A DNA stretch of 62,731 bases, the filler included, from Basidiobolus meristosporus CBS 931.73 (Eukaryota > Fungi > Basidiobolomycota): NCBI GenBank assembly GCA_002104905.1. It is 3 parts of 3 records of this genome, joined end to end, with 100 filler letters (N's around TTAATTAATTAA, not from the genome) between each part and the next. Parts side by side here need not be neighbours in the genome. Positions count along the whole stretch, not along the records: positions 27,937 to 49,385 come from MCFE01000990.1; 2 more parts are not named here. One strand, given 5' to 3'. This document shows positions 36,729 to 49,485 of this stretch, piece after piece. A model generated the notes under the pieces. The model was given only the letters and a program-made list of their open reading frames with translations. It ran no database searches and was not told the origin of the DNA. Position numbers and translations under genes: made by a program. Every line of letters begins with the position of its first letter. Within the stretch, counting starts at the first letter, position 1.

Positions 36729-38455
36729 ATAAAGCAAGGAAAGCACTACTCTGAGCAACATAAGTAAAATTGAGTAATATTACCAGTAACTATATCCTCC
36801 TACTGGCATTATGGTAGAAATTATAGTACCAGAGAGTGCTAGATCAATCCGGCACTATAAACAGGCTGGCACTATGTGGAATTATCCAACAGAACAAGTC
36901 TACTAAGCGCAGTACTATATAGCTTTGCAATATTTGTTGGACTGCATCAGCTTCCTCAGACAGGGTATGACCCAAATATATCTGGAGTGTGAACATGTTT
37001 TCCCTCAATGTTGGTGGATTCCTGACAATTTGGACATGTTGCAATGGTAGCATTTTTGGATGTGAATGCCATGCAACTGTTAACACATGCTGGAATCAGG
37101 ACAGTCTCTGGATCATATGTTGCCAGCCACATGATGGTTGTCCACTTGTACCATGTACATGGTAAGTTGCATCCTGGTATGATTTTGGCAAGAAGTAGTA
37201 ATAAATCCTCAAAGCCCCCATTACTGATATTAGTAGAAACACGCCACTTCTCTAGCCACAACATTACATCATTTACCAGCAGATGGATTACTGTGCTCTC
37301 TTGGCTCCATAAGTATCCTTGGCATTTGTTTCAACAGGTGATGCCTCATTGCATATAGGGATTTGACCAGGCTCATATGTGGTACTGTTGTTAGGGGAGA
37401 TAGGCTTAAAATTCATCAGTGAACCTTCTTTGACAGAGCTATCACTCTGCGTGCCATGTTCAGAAGGCTGAGGTGAGCCTAAAGGCATCACAAACTTACC
37501 TGACTCAGTATGTGCAAGGTGATAAAGACAGCCAGGTGCCAATATAGAAGTACCAACCAGCCAGCAAGATAATGTTGGTACAGTAGTGACCAATGAATGG
37601 TCAAATATGACTTGGGTGGCAAAACACTGGCCGTGATCATTGTAATACTTCCTATGCTGTCTGCATACTTCATGGCTGAGAGGCTTGCCACAAGAGCCAC
37701 ATGGTCTTTTTTCTTTTCTCTTACAGCATTGAGTCAAAGTAGTCTTGTCCATGGGGCAAACGGTCTGACCTTCAACAACATAATACTATTATATCACTTT
37801 TTGGTCAATACTCATGTGAACTTAAGACAGTCTTGTATTTGAGACATTGCACCTACATGAATGTAAGATTCAATGATGACCTGCCATAGTAAGCATTATA
37901 AATAAAGTTGTGGCATCATATACACATGTATATGTAACACCATTTCTCTGTAGACTTGGCTCACTTCAATACATATGCCTCCACACAATACAGCAAAGTT
38001 GTCTGGTTCCTAACAAAGCCCATGGATGATGGCAGCAGAAGAACAGTTGGACAACAGATTGCTTTGACATTCAGTGCATCAAGCAGGGCTATATCCAAAA
38101 AAGGCTATGTTAACATTGTGCCCACTGAAAGTAATTATGTGGACTCCTCAGGCTCTCAGTGAAATAGGCAATTGAGAACCTCTGCAGAGCCACAAACTGA
38201 CTATTATGCTCAGGCAGATGAGAATGAAGCAAATGCAGTACCCTCAGTTGAAGATCAGCAAGTGGCCATGATAACATCACCACCACCCATATTAGCAAGT
38301 ATGTTGTCAGCTCATACCAAAGCATTAATGAAGCAACTAGGTGCAGTGGCTGATAGGATAGATGCAATGGCCCAGAGAAATCAGGAAATAGTCCCAAAAC
38401 AGGATGAGTGGATAATATGTGTAGATCAATCAATATCCCAGGAAGAGAAAGCAGT

Positions 38456-39189
38456 AGACTTGTTCTGTTGGATAGTGCCACATTGAGCCATGAGTGCCAA
38501 ATGATGCCATAGTGTGCCAGAGAGGTCAAGTGAGCCTACACTTGGCCACAGAGTGTGAAACATAGCTCTGCATCTTCATGTAAAGCAGCCCCTGTGTTTC
38601 ACTCATTGCGCAGGAGAAAATCCTTTTTTTGACCTTTTTTTTTGGATCAATGTAGCTCAGGATGTGTACAAGCACAGGAGAACTGAAGAGATGCATCTGG
38701 TACTCAATACCCATGGCACTCTGAATCTAGCTCCTGTAGCTTGTATCATGTCACAAAAATGAATGGCACTATCTTGGTCCACTGGTACTATCTGGCACTA
38801 TATTTAAATATTAGCCCTAAAGTAAGAACTATACAAAGCACTTATAGTGCCAGATAGTACCAGTGGACCAAGATAGTGCCATTCATTTTTGTGACATGAT
38901 ACAAGCTACAGGAGCTAGATTCAGAGTGCCATGGGTATTGAGTACCAGATGCATATCTTCAATCTGCTTGTGCTCTAACATATCCTGCTCAACATTGATC
39001 CAAAAAAAAAGGTCAAAAAATGGATTTTCTCCAACATGATGGGTTAAACACAGGGGCTGCTTTTCACGAAGATGCGGAGCTATGTTTCACACCCTGTGGC
39101 CAGGTAGAGACTCAATTGGCCTCTCTGGCACACTATGGCATCATTTGGCACTCATGGCTCAATGTGGCACTATCCAATGGAACAAGTCT
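38456..39189. mobile_element. Palindromic MITE (734 bp)
   Basis: Arms ~38456-38802 and ~38843-39189 with a 40-bp spacer; AGT duplicated at 38453-38455 and 39190-39192. Confidence 0.93.
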
Positions 39190-39664
39190 AGTATCTTTTC
39201 TGCAAAGAAGAAACTCAAGTAGCTTAATGACACAGTCAAGAATTGAGCCATTTCCTGATGTAACAGCAGAAGAACACCGTACAGTCTTTGAAGCACAACA
39301 ACAGTGCCTAAAGATAAAGCCCACAAAGAATCCTATCATAGTGTGGGAGGGAGACAAAGTGGTGTTTATACCAAAGCCTAAAAATCAAAAGACATTGAAG
39401 AGCCGTGAAGCCATTGAGTGCCATAATGAAGAGTGGGCCAGCACTCAAGAGGCTGCTAGAGGTCTAGCTTACCTTCATCTAGAGGCCAGCATACCATGGC
39501 ACCATCAGGAACTCAAGGCCAAGCAGAATGTACTTGACTTGTTCCATGAGCATTATCCTGGATTCAAGCAGGCAAACAGATTTTGGGCCAGCATTGGTAT
39601 GCTAAGAAAGTATCTTAAGAATAGCAGAAACTATCAAAGGCAGAAGAACAAGGGAGCCATGGCT

Positions 39665-40081
39665 AAAAACTAGCAGCTTCCTCAAGAGCCCATTACAAGC
39701 AGGGCCAAAAGCTCCAGACAAGCATCAACAAGACTTCAGGTAGCTGGAAGAGTGCCAATCAGAGACAAGCAGGCAGACACAGATACACCAGCACAACATT
39801 TATCAAGGAAAAAGCATAGTACCACTCAAGAAGCACCCAGTCAAAGTAGCAGTGAAGGACCTGGCAGTGATAAATACCAGCTGCTTTTACAGGAGCCCAT
39901 TGCAACTACAGTTGAGAGCTCAAAACAAGCAGAAAAGAAACGTCAGGTTGCCAGAAGAGTGCCAGCAAGGGATAAGCAGGCCAAAACAGATGCATCAGAG
40001 CAGAATTTACCCAGGAGAAAACACAGTTCTTTGCAAGAAGCACTCAGACAAAGTAGGAGTGAAAGACCTGGCAGTGATAAA
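39665..40081 (+). repeat. Two diverged tandem units of ~207 bp (~69 aa) in the accessory ORF
   Basis: QEPITSRAKSS...VPIRDKQADTD...SEGPGSDK followed by QEPIATTVESS...VPARDKQAKTD...SERPGSDK. Confidence 0.75.
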
Positions 40082-43000
40082 GAAAAAGGTAAAGGGAAAA
40101 ATCTCTACCCAAGCCTTAGACAGGGAGGCATGCAAAAGAAACTGCAGTTCTTGCCAATTTACACAGCAAACCAGGAACAGACTGAATCCCATCATAGCCA
40201 AGAGGAATTATCGGCAAAAAAACAGTTCTTTTCACAAGAGTTGGAAGCGCAGCCAGTTGAGCTACACTCCAGTAAGGTAGATGAGTTTGCTGAAAAAGGC
40301 AATTTGTCTACCACAGCCTCCACAGCCTCCATTATTGAAAGAGTGGAGATCCCACTGACAGACAAGGCTACAACATCAAGAACTCAAAAGACTATCACAA
40401 AGCCTTCAGTGGAGTTTTGGAACATTAATAGGCATACTAAGAGGTTGCAGCACTTCTTCAAGAGCAGTGCTCAGAAAATGCACTGGAATATTGCAAGGAT
40501 TTATTGCCAAGACTGGCAGATGAGGAGCTAGACCTTGCAGTGCTGGCTGAAGACCAGGCCATGTGGGACCAGTGAATGAACAGTGACATAAAGCTGTTGG
40601 GTTCCTGCCAAAGTTGTGGAACCAGAGCATTACAGCAGAAATACTTATTGAGTGGTGGTTTTAATGGAGTTACTTGTTGAGTGCAGGGTTGGGCTTAATG
40701 TTAGTGTAGGGTATAGAGACTTGTATAGATCAATAAAATTGGCAATTGAGGCACAACTGAAGTTTCAATGGAAATAAATCAACTTGTATGCATGAAAAGT
40801 AAGAGAAACAGTTTAGTCAGGAAGTAAGGAGTGCAAAAAAGAGGTAATAGCCAATCAATCCACACAAATGTAGCAGGCAATAGACTGTCTGGGATCAGAA
40901 AGTGAGCAAATTGGCAGGGAACCAATCAAACGCCACTTATACATTGTTGTGATGGAAAATTTTGACTAAGTTTTTGTGAGCTCTGGGGTGCAATTATTTC
41001 TAACAGTCTCTCAACAGTGTCCCAAAAAGATCAGTACCTCTTAGTCATGGGACTTTAACTTTTTGATGGCCTTTTGATGGGATCATCTTGATAAACTTTC
41101 ATAGGGAATGGTGGAGAATCTACCTCAAAACTCTTCATCCACTTTTGTAAAATTCATGGGATAAAGCAAGAGACTACTGTACCATACTCCCCACAGCAAA
41201 ACAAAGTAGCAGAACATGCAAACAGATCACTAATTGTTATGGTAAGATCTATGATCCATGATCAAAATTTATCCTATGATTGTTGGGCAGAATCAGTTGC
41301 AATAGCTATATTCCTTAAAATAGGAGGTATAGCAGAATGCTTTGTAAATCTACTCCATTTGAAGCATGGTATGGATACAGACCCAGTGCAGAACATATAC
41401 AAATAGCCGGGTGTACAGCATATACCAAGAAATTGCCATGCAATTGGTCAAAATTTAAGGCAAAAGTATAAAATGCATATTTTTGAGCTACTGCAATGAG
41501 AGTAATGCATACAGACTCTGCAATACCAAAGCAAAGAAGCTGATAAAGTCCAGGGATGTTTTCTTCAATGAAAACTCAATTTTTCACAAAAAATGATATC
41601 AGATGATGACAAAAGTTTGATCTCAAGTCTACCAGTAGTTAGGATTGAGTCAGAGCAAAAAAATGAAAGCTTTTTCACTCCCAGGAACTCTACAACCATA
41701 ATTTAGCTTGAATCAGTGCTCAGAAGTATACCAGAAGTGACCATACAGGTATCAAGTGCCCAGAGATCCAACCAGACAAGAAATAGCCCAAATTACTATA
41801 CTAATGAGTGTACAAACTTAGCCTATGCCTATTCAGTCCATATTGATGAGCCCTAGACTGTAAAAGAGGCCCTAAATACCCCTTAGACAAAGCTTTGGAG
41901 ATCTGCAAAGACTGAGGAATATTGGGCCCTGATGGAAAATCAAACTTGGGACTTTGTCAATTTACCAATTAACCACAAGTCAGTTGGATGCAGATGGGTC
42001 ATTAAGACAGAGTATAAGGCTAATGGTACAATGAAAAATACAAAGCAAGACTTGTGGCTTAAGGATGCTCTCAAACAAGAGGACTTGACTATACTGAGGC
42101 CTCTGCACCAGTAGCCAAGTCTGATTTCATCAGATTGATATTGGCTATTGCAGCCATATATATTCTTTTTATTCATCAAATGGGTGTAAAAACTGCATTT
42201 GGAATGAATAACTTGATGAGGACATGTGTATGGACCAGCCAGATGGGTTTGTTGACCAAAATGGCCCCCATTTGGACTGCAAGCTTAAAAAATCTCTATA
42301 TGGTCTCAAACAATCACCAAGAGCCTGGAATTGCAAGATCAATTCTTATTTGGAACCTTTGAGTTTCTAAAGGAGTAATGCTGATTAAGTATATACAATA
42401 AGCCAGATGGAGCAAATCCAGCTATATTAGCTTATATGTGGATGATGTTATTATAGCCACCAATAACCTATCAACATTGGAAGAGACTAAATCCAGCCTA
42501 TTGAAGGAGTTCAAGATGTCCAATCTAGGAGAACTCAGTTGCTGCTTAGGGATTAGGTTCTCCATAGACAGAGGTACCCAGACTATCACCCTAAGCCAGT
42601 TCAAGTATATTCAAGATATACTAAAGAAGTATCATATGGAAGACAGTAAACTGGCAGCAACCCCAATGGAGACAAACTTTAACTTTGTTAAACCTCAGCT
42701 AAATTAAGAGAGCTTGGTGCCATCTGAAAGCCCTAACTTTCCTTATCAATATATGGTTAGCAGTCTGATGTATATAATACTTGGAACACATCCAGATATC
42801 TCATATTCAGTGGGTGTTGTCAGCCAGCATAATCAGAACTAAGGATCTGATCATGTTGCAGCAGTTAAGCATATTTTTAGATACCTAAAAGGAACTGCTG
42901 ATATCTGCTTAAGATACACTTATAAGGGTTCCAAACAGGATATTTTGGGATACTCTGATGCTGATTGGGGACAAAATTTGGAAGACAGAAGATCCACCAC

Positions 43001-44201
43001 AGGATACACCTTTCTTGACTGTAAAGGAGCAATTTCATGGAATTCAAGAAAGCAACCAACCATAGCACTTACCACCACTGAGGCAGAGTATATGGCAACC
43101 TGTGAAGCTACAAAAGAAGCAATGTGGCTAAGAAAGCTTTTTACATGTTTAGGCCTATGTCAAAAATTGCCTATTGCTTATTTCAAGATAATCAAGGATG
43201 TATACAACTAGAGAGAAATCCAACTTTTCATGCTAGAACTAAGCACATCAATATTAGACATCATTTCATATGTGAAGCTATAGAGAATAACTTAGCTAGC
43301 TTAGCTTACTGTCCTACAGATGAAATGATTGCAGATATATTTACCAAACCATTAGCTAGAGACAAGTTTGAATACCTTAGGTAAAGATTAGGACTAGTCA
43401 GTATGAACATTTAGCTGAGTGGGAGTGTTGTAAGAGCTTGTAATTCCACCTAAATATTCACCTAACTTAGTCACTTAGATCATTACCTTCAAATCCTAGC
43501 AAATACTGACCAAATTCCTTGTCAGGATATACTTAGAATATTTTCACCAAAATACCAGGTGCCCAGAACATGAAAATTCTCAAAGTTGTCCAAGCAACCC
43601 CAAGCTTTGCACACATGTTCTTGGTACCTTTCTTAACCAATTTATGTATTTGTTATGCCAAGACCATGTAAAACATAAATACTACTTTTACATTTGATAA
43701 ATCATTAAGTAACAACCACATAATCTACTTGTTCTCCCAATCAATTCCAAATTCTCCAAGACTCTTACAACAATGTACAGCTGGTTACCAAATTTGGCAT
43801 GAATGCTAGTTGCTCTTGTCTCCTCCTGGAAGATATGTCTGCTTGTTTGTCTAATAGCTGAAGCTGATGACACTGAGAAGTATCAATTTTGAGTATCCTG
43901 GAATTCAGCTAATATCATTATTACATTCTACTGGCCATTTCTCAGTTTCTCTCAGGGGGATGGAGTATGCTGGATCAAAGTTTCAGAAATGGCAGACAAC
44001 CAGTCCAAAGTAAGCATATTGTTGCTGGAATGCAAAATTTTGATCAGACTTTTTGGAAAATTTAAGGTACAGTTTTCTTCCAATGGCTTGTACATAATGT
44101 CTTGGTGTGCATGATATTTTGTGGTCATAGGACTCCAATTTTGTGATAGCCTTTAGATAGATCCATAACAATTGCTTTTCTTGAGGCTATGTAGTAGTGA
44201 G

Positions 44202-44550
44202 TGTTGTAAAAATTTGGAATTCCACCTAAATATTCACCTAACTTAGTCACTTAGATCATCACCTTCAAATCCTAGAGAATACTGACCAAATTCCTTGTTG
44301 GGATTTACTTAGAATATTTTCACCAAAATACCAGGTACCCAGAACATGAAAATTCTCAAAGTTGTCCAAACAGCCCCAAACTTTGCACACATGTTCTTGG
44401 GACCTTCCTTAACCTATCCTGTGTGTTTGTAATGCCAAGACCAGGTAAAAGTATAAATACTACTTTTACATTCAACAAATCATTAAGTGAAAACCACATA
44501 ATCTACTTGTTCTCCAAATCACTTCCAATATCTCCAAGACTCTTACAGCA
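44202..44550 (+). mobile_element. copia solo LTR
   Basis: 349 bp, TG...CA; GTGAG duplicated at 44197-44201 and 44551-44555. Confidence 0.93.
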
Positions 44551-44640
44551 GTGAGTAGATACAGTGGCCACCAAGATATATGTACTCAGGCTTATGGTAA
44601 TGGTACAGCCATTTGTATCTCTTCACAACCACCTTTTATG

Positions 44641-44770
44641 TGATGTGAAAACTTGTAATTCCACCTAAATACTCACCTAACTTAGTCACTTAGATCATTA
44701 CCTATAAATCCTAAAGAATACTGACCAAATTCCTTGTTGGGAGATGCTTGGAATATTTTCACAAAAATAC
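44641..44770 (+). mobile_element. 5-prime part of an older copia LTR, interrupted by copia-4
   Basis: Matches the first ~130 bp of the family LTR and is cut by TGTTGTAAAG at 44771. Confidence 0.75.
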
Positions 44771-47700
44771 TGTTGTAAAGGTTTGTAATTCCACCTAAAT
44801 ATTCACCTAACTTAGTCACTTAGATCATTACCCTCAAATCCTAGAGAATACTGGCCCAATTTCTTGTTGGGATTTACTCAGAATATTTTCACCAAAATAC
44901 CAGGTACCCAGAACATGAAAATTCTCAAAGTAATTCAAACAGCCCCAAACTTTGCACACATGTTCTTGGGACCTTCCTTAACCTATTCTACGTGTTTGCA
45001 ATGCCAAGACCAGGTAAAAGTATAAATACTACTTTTACATTCAATTAATCATTAAGTGAAAACCACATAATCTACTTGTTCTCCCAATCATTTCCAATAT
45101 CTCCAAAACTCTTACAACAGACTATGAGCCCCAAGCTGTCACTCTCTGCAATGTCTATCACTGCTATCAATGGAACTTTTCCCTCTGCTGAAAAGTTGGA
45201 TGGATCTAACTACTAAGTAAAGAGGCCTTTGGATATTGTCATGGGAGAAGAATGTCCTCCTGAAAACGTGGGAGAGGAAGCCTTAAAGTACCAGAAGAAA
45301 GAACAAAGTGCCTTTAACTGCATTTGCCTTAATGTTAAAGACAAATTGCTAATTCAGTGCTCAAGTGCAAAAACGGCAAAGAATGCCTGGAAGGCATTAG
45401 AAGACACCTACCAGTCATGTTCAGCTGCTAAGAAAATGTATCTGAGACAATAATTCTTTACTACAAAGATGCTGCCAGGAGAAGAAATGAAAAATCTAAT
45501 TAACAGAATTACCCTGCTGGTAGATGAAATGGAACCTGTAGGCATACCAACTACTGATGAGGATGTGCTAGTTAGCATCCTGAATAGCCTGACAGACAAG
45601 TTTCAGGGCCTTGTATCAGCCCTAGAGTCCAGAACTGAAGATTTGACCTTGAATTATGTATATGGAAGGCTCCTGGATGAAGAATTAAGAAAATCAAGTG
45701 CAAACAAGAAAGAAGAAGAAAGTGCTTTAATATGCAATGATAACCAACAAAGGAGGTACCCAAGACCCTACAAAGGCAACATCAACCTGTTTTGTAACTA
45801 CTGCAAAAGGAAAGGACACATATCAGACCCATGCTTCAAAAAGAAAGATAATCAGCAAAATAAGCCTGAATATGGAAATGCTGCAACAACTGAAGATAGA
45901 CTATTCATATCTGCACTAAATATGACCACAAACAAGGATTCTCAGACATGGTATACTGACTCAGGAGCATCTCAACACTTTACACACCAAATAGAAGTTT
46001 TTACCCAATATCAAGAAATTCCAATTAAGAATGTTTTCATGGGTGACAATAGAACACTTGATGCTGTGGGAGAAGGAACTATCCAAGTAAGCCTAAGAAG
46101 CAGTGAAGGAAGCCATGCACTGACTTTCAAAGAAGTACTCTATGTACCAGAAATAGCCAAGAACCTACTATCAGTAAGCAACGCCACTGCAGAAGGACTC
46201 AGTTTCAGCTTTGACAATTCTGGATGCAAGATCACTGATCAAAATGGTGCCCATATTGCTTTAGGTATCAGAGATCAGAGTCTATGTAAATTGACTTATA
46301 TTCCATCATATTTGGAAGCCAATATAAGTAACTTAAATGAAGAAGCACCAATGCTTTGGCACAGGAGATTTGGGCACATCAATTTTGAGTATTTGCGCAA
46401 AATGATCAAAGATCAGCTAATTTCTGGAGTAAAAGTTGATCCCCCATCTAATTTGGAGCACTGTGAAGCCTGAATATATGGGAAACAAGCCAGACAACCG
46501 TTCAAGAGCTCTGGGTTGATCAGAACTAAGAAAAAATTAGATCTAATTCACTCAGATCTATGTGGACCTATGCAAGATTTATCCTTAGGTGGGATGAAGT
46601 ATTTAATCACCTTTATTGATGATTATACAAGATACACATAGGTCTACTTCATGGAAAGAAAGGAAGAAGCTCTGTCTAAGCTCAGGGAGTTTAAAGCCAT
46701 GGTGGAGAGAGAAACTGATAAAATAATCAAGAAAATACACTCTGACAATGGTGGAGAATATACCTCAAAACTCTTCATCCACTTCTGCAAAATTCATGGG
46801 ATAAAGCAAGAGACTACTGCACCATACTCCCCACAGCAAAATGGAGTAGCAGAACATGCTAACAGATCAATAACTGATATGGCAAGATCTATGATCCATC
46901 ATCAAAAATTATCCTATGATTGTTGGGCAGAATCAGTTGCAATAGCTATATTCCTTAAAATAGGAGTTTTAGCAGAATACTTTGTGATTCTACTCCATTT
47001 GAAGCATGGTATGAATACAGACCAAGTACAGAACATCTAAGAATATTTGGGTGTACAGCATATGCTAAGATACTGCCTAGAAATCAGTCAAAATTTGAGC
47101 CAAAAAGTGTAAAATGCATATTTTTGGGCTAATGCAATGAGAGTAAAGCATACAGACTCTACAATACCAAAGCAAAGAAGCTAATCAAGTCCAGGGATGT
47201 GTTGTTTGATGAAAATTCAAAATTTTCACAAAAAATGACATCAGATGATGACAAAAATTTGATCTCAAATGCACCAATTGTCATGATTGAATCAGAGCAA
47301 AACAATGAGAATTTCTTCACTCCAGAGGACTCTACAACCATGGTTCAGCCAGAATCAGTGCCCAGGAATATCCCTGAAGTGATCATTCCAGTGTCAAATG
47401 CCCGGAGATCCAATCAGACAAGCAATAGCCCAAATTACTATATCAATGAGTGTACAAACTTAGCCTATGCCTATTCAGTCCATATTGATGAACCCCAGAC
47501 TATAAAAGAGGCCCTAAATAGCGCTCAGACAAAGTTTTGGAGATCTGCAATGACTGAGGAATATCAGGCCCTGATGGAAAATCAAACTTGGGACTTAGTC
47601 AAATTACCAATCAACCAAAAATCAGTTGGATGCAGATGGGTCTTCAAGACAAAATACAAGGCTGATGGTACAATTGAAAGATACAAAGCAAGACTTGTGG

Positions 47701-49385
47701 CCAAAGGATACTCTCAAACAAAAGGACTTGACTACACTGAGACCTTTGCACTGGTAGCCAAGTTTAATTCCATCAGATTAATATTGGCTATTGCAGCCAA
47801 ATATAAGTTTTTTATTCATCAAATGGATGTAAAAACTGCATTTCTGAATGGAGAACTTGATGAGGATGTTTATGGCCCAGCCTGATGGGTTTGTTGACCA
47901 GGATAACCCCCAGTTGGTTTGCAAGCTTAGAAAGTCACTATATGGTTTCAAACAATCACCAAGAGCCTGGAATTGCAAGATAGATTCTTATTTGGTATCT
48001 TTGAGTTTCAAAAGGAGTAATGCTGACTATAGTATATACTATAAGCCAGATAGAGCAAATCCAGTTCTATTAGCTCTACATGTGGATGATCTTATTATAG
48101 CCACCAATAACCAAGAAACATTGGAAGAGACTAAATCCAGCCTATCTAAGGAGTTCAAGATGTCTGATCTAGGAGAACTCAGTTACTACTTAGGGATTAA
48201 GTTCTCCATAGACAGAAGTACCCAGATTATTACCCTAAGCCAATCCAAGTATATTCAAGATATACTAAAGAAGTATAAAATGGAAGACTGTAAACTGGCA
48301 GCTACCCCAATGGAGACAAACCTTAACTTGGTCAAAACTCAACCAAATCAAGGGAGCTTGGTGCCATCTGAAAGCCCTGACTTTCCTTATCAATCTATGG
48401 TTGGCAGTCTGATGTATATCATGCTTAGAACATGTCCAGATATCTCATATTCAGCGGGAGTTGCCAGCCAACATAATCAGAACTATGGATCTGATCATAA
48501 GCAGATATCAGCAGTTCCTTTTAGGTATCTAAAAATCCGCTTAACTGCTGCAATAAGATACACTTATAAGGATTCAGAACGCAATCTTGTGGGATACTCT
48601 GATGCTGATTGGGGACAAAATTTGGATGACAGATGATCTACCACAGGATACACCTTTCTTGACTGTAAAGGAGCAATTTCATGGAATTCAAGAAAGCAAC
48701 CAACCATAGCACTTTCCACCACAGAGGCAGAGTATATGGCAGCCTGTGAAGCTACAAAAGAAGCAATGTGGTTAAGAAAGCTTTTTACAGATTTAGGCCT
48801 ATGTCAAAAAACGCCTACTACTTTATTTCAAGATAATCAAGGATGTATACAACTAGGTAGAAATCCAACTTTTCATGCTAGAACCAAGCACATTGATATT
48901 AGACATCATTTCATATGTGAAGCTATAGAGAATAACTTAGCTAGCTTAGCTTACTGTCCTACAGATGAAATGATTGCAGACATATTTACCAAACCATTAG
49001 CTAGAGACAAGTTTGAATATCTTAGGTAAAGATTAGGACTAGTCAGTATGAACATTTAGCTGAGTGGGAGTGTTGTAAAAATTTGTATTTCCACCAAAAA
49101 ATTCACTTAACTTAGTCACTTAGATCATTACCCTCAAATCCTAGAGAATACTGACCAAATTCCTTGTCAGGATATACTTAGAATATTTTCACCAAAATAC
49201 CAGGTGCCCAGAACATGAAAATTCTCAAAGTTACTCAAACAGCCCCAAACTTTGCACACATGTTCTTGGGACCTTCCTTAACCTATTCTACATGTTTGTA
49301 ATGCCAAGACCAGGTAAAAGTATAAATACTACATTTACATTCAATAAATCATTAGGTGAAAACCACATTATTTACTTGTTCTCCC
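44771..49385 (+). mobile_element. Ty1/copia copia-4, near full length, defective
   Basis: 5-prime LTR 44771-45119; mutated PBS GACTATGAGCCC; all domains present with stops and a short gag deletion; PPT, then 3-prime LTR from 49071 truncated by the gap. Confidence 0.93.
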
Positions 49386-49485
49386 NNNNNNNNNNNNNNN
49401 NNNNNNNNNNNNNNNNNNNNNNNNNNNNNTTAATTAATTAANNNNNNNNNNNNNNNNNNNNNNNNNNNNNNNNNNNNNNNNNNNN
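49386..49485. other. Assembly gap with artificial linker
   Basis: 100 nt of N with TTAATTAATTAA at 49430-49441. Confidence 0.95.

Larger units (their letters stand above)
32780..36901. mobile_element. PIF/Harbinger-superfamily element copy B, both ends present, internally deleted
   Basis: AGACTTGTTC...GAACAAGTCT; ACT duplicated at 32777-32779 and 36902-36904; removal restores the CACTA transposase sequence seen intact near 5700 and 21770. Confidence 0.92.
38022..40531 (+). pseudogene. CACTA accessory ORF (~590 codons reconstructed), interrupted by a MITE and two stops
   Basis: ORF-track pieces 37956-38162, 38172-38486, 39020-39673 and 39752-40531 form one frame after removing the MITE plus one TSD; stops TGA at 38160-38162 and TAG at 39671-39673. 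Confidence 0.65.
30592..41106 (-). mobile_element. Complete CACTA/CMC-type element C4 (~5.65 kb net of insertions)
   Basis: Termini CCCTACAAAA and TTTCATAGGG; AAT duplicated at 30589-30591 and 41107-41109; degenerate transposase on minus (from ~37752 to ~31100) and accessory ORF on plus. Confidence 0.88.
28827..43772 (+). mobile_element. Ty1/copia copia-3, degenerate, split by CACTA C4 (parts 28827-30591 and 41107-43772)
   Basis: Partial 5-prime LTR to 28929; PBS 28930-28941; gag to integrase up to CTCTGACAAT, resuming at AATGGTGGAGAA (41107); 3-prime LTR 43426-43772. Confidence 0.88.

Noticed and set aside
620-39189. Repeated TGGCACT-rich units as a CRISPR-like array
   Set aside because: No repeat-spacer periodicity and no cas genes; they are MITE subterminal motifs in a eukaryotic genome.
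1-49385. RIP as the cause of TE decay
   Set aside because: The paired-copy comparison shows CpG-centred changes and several TE frames remain open; a formal dinucleotide index was not computed.
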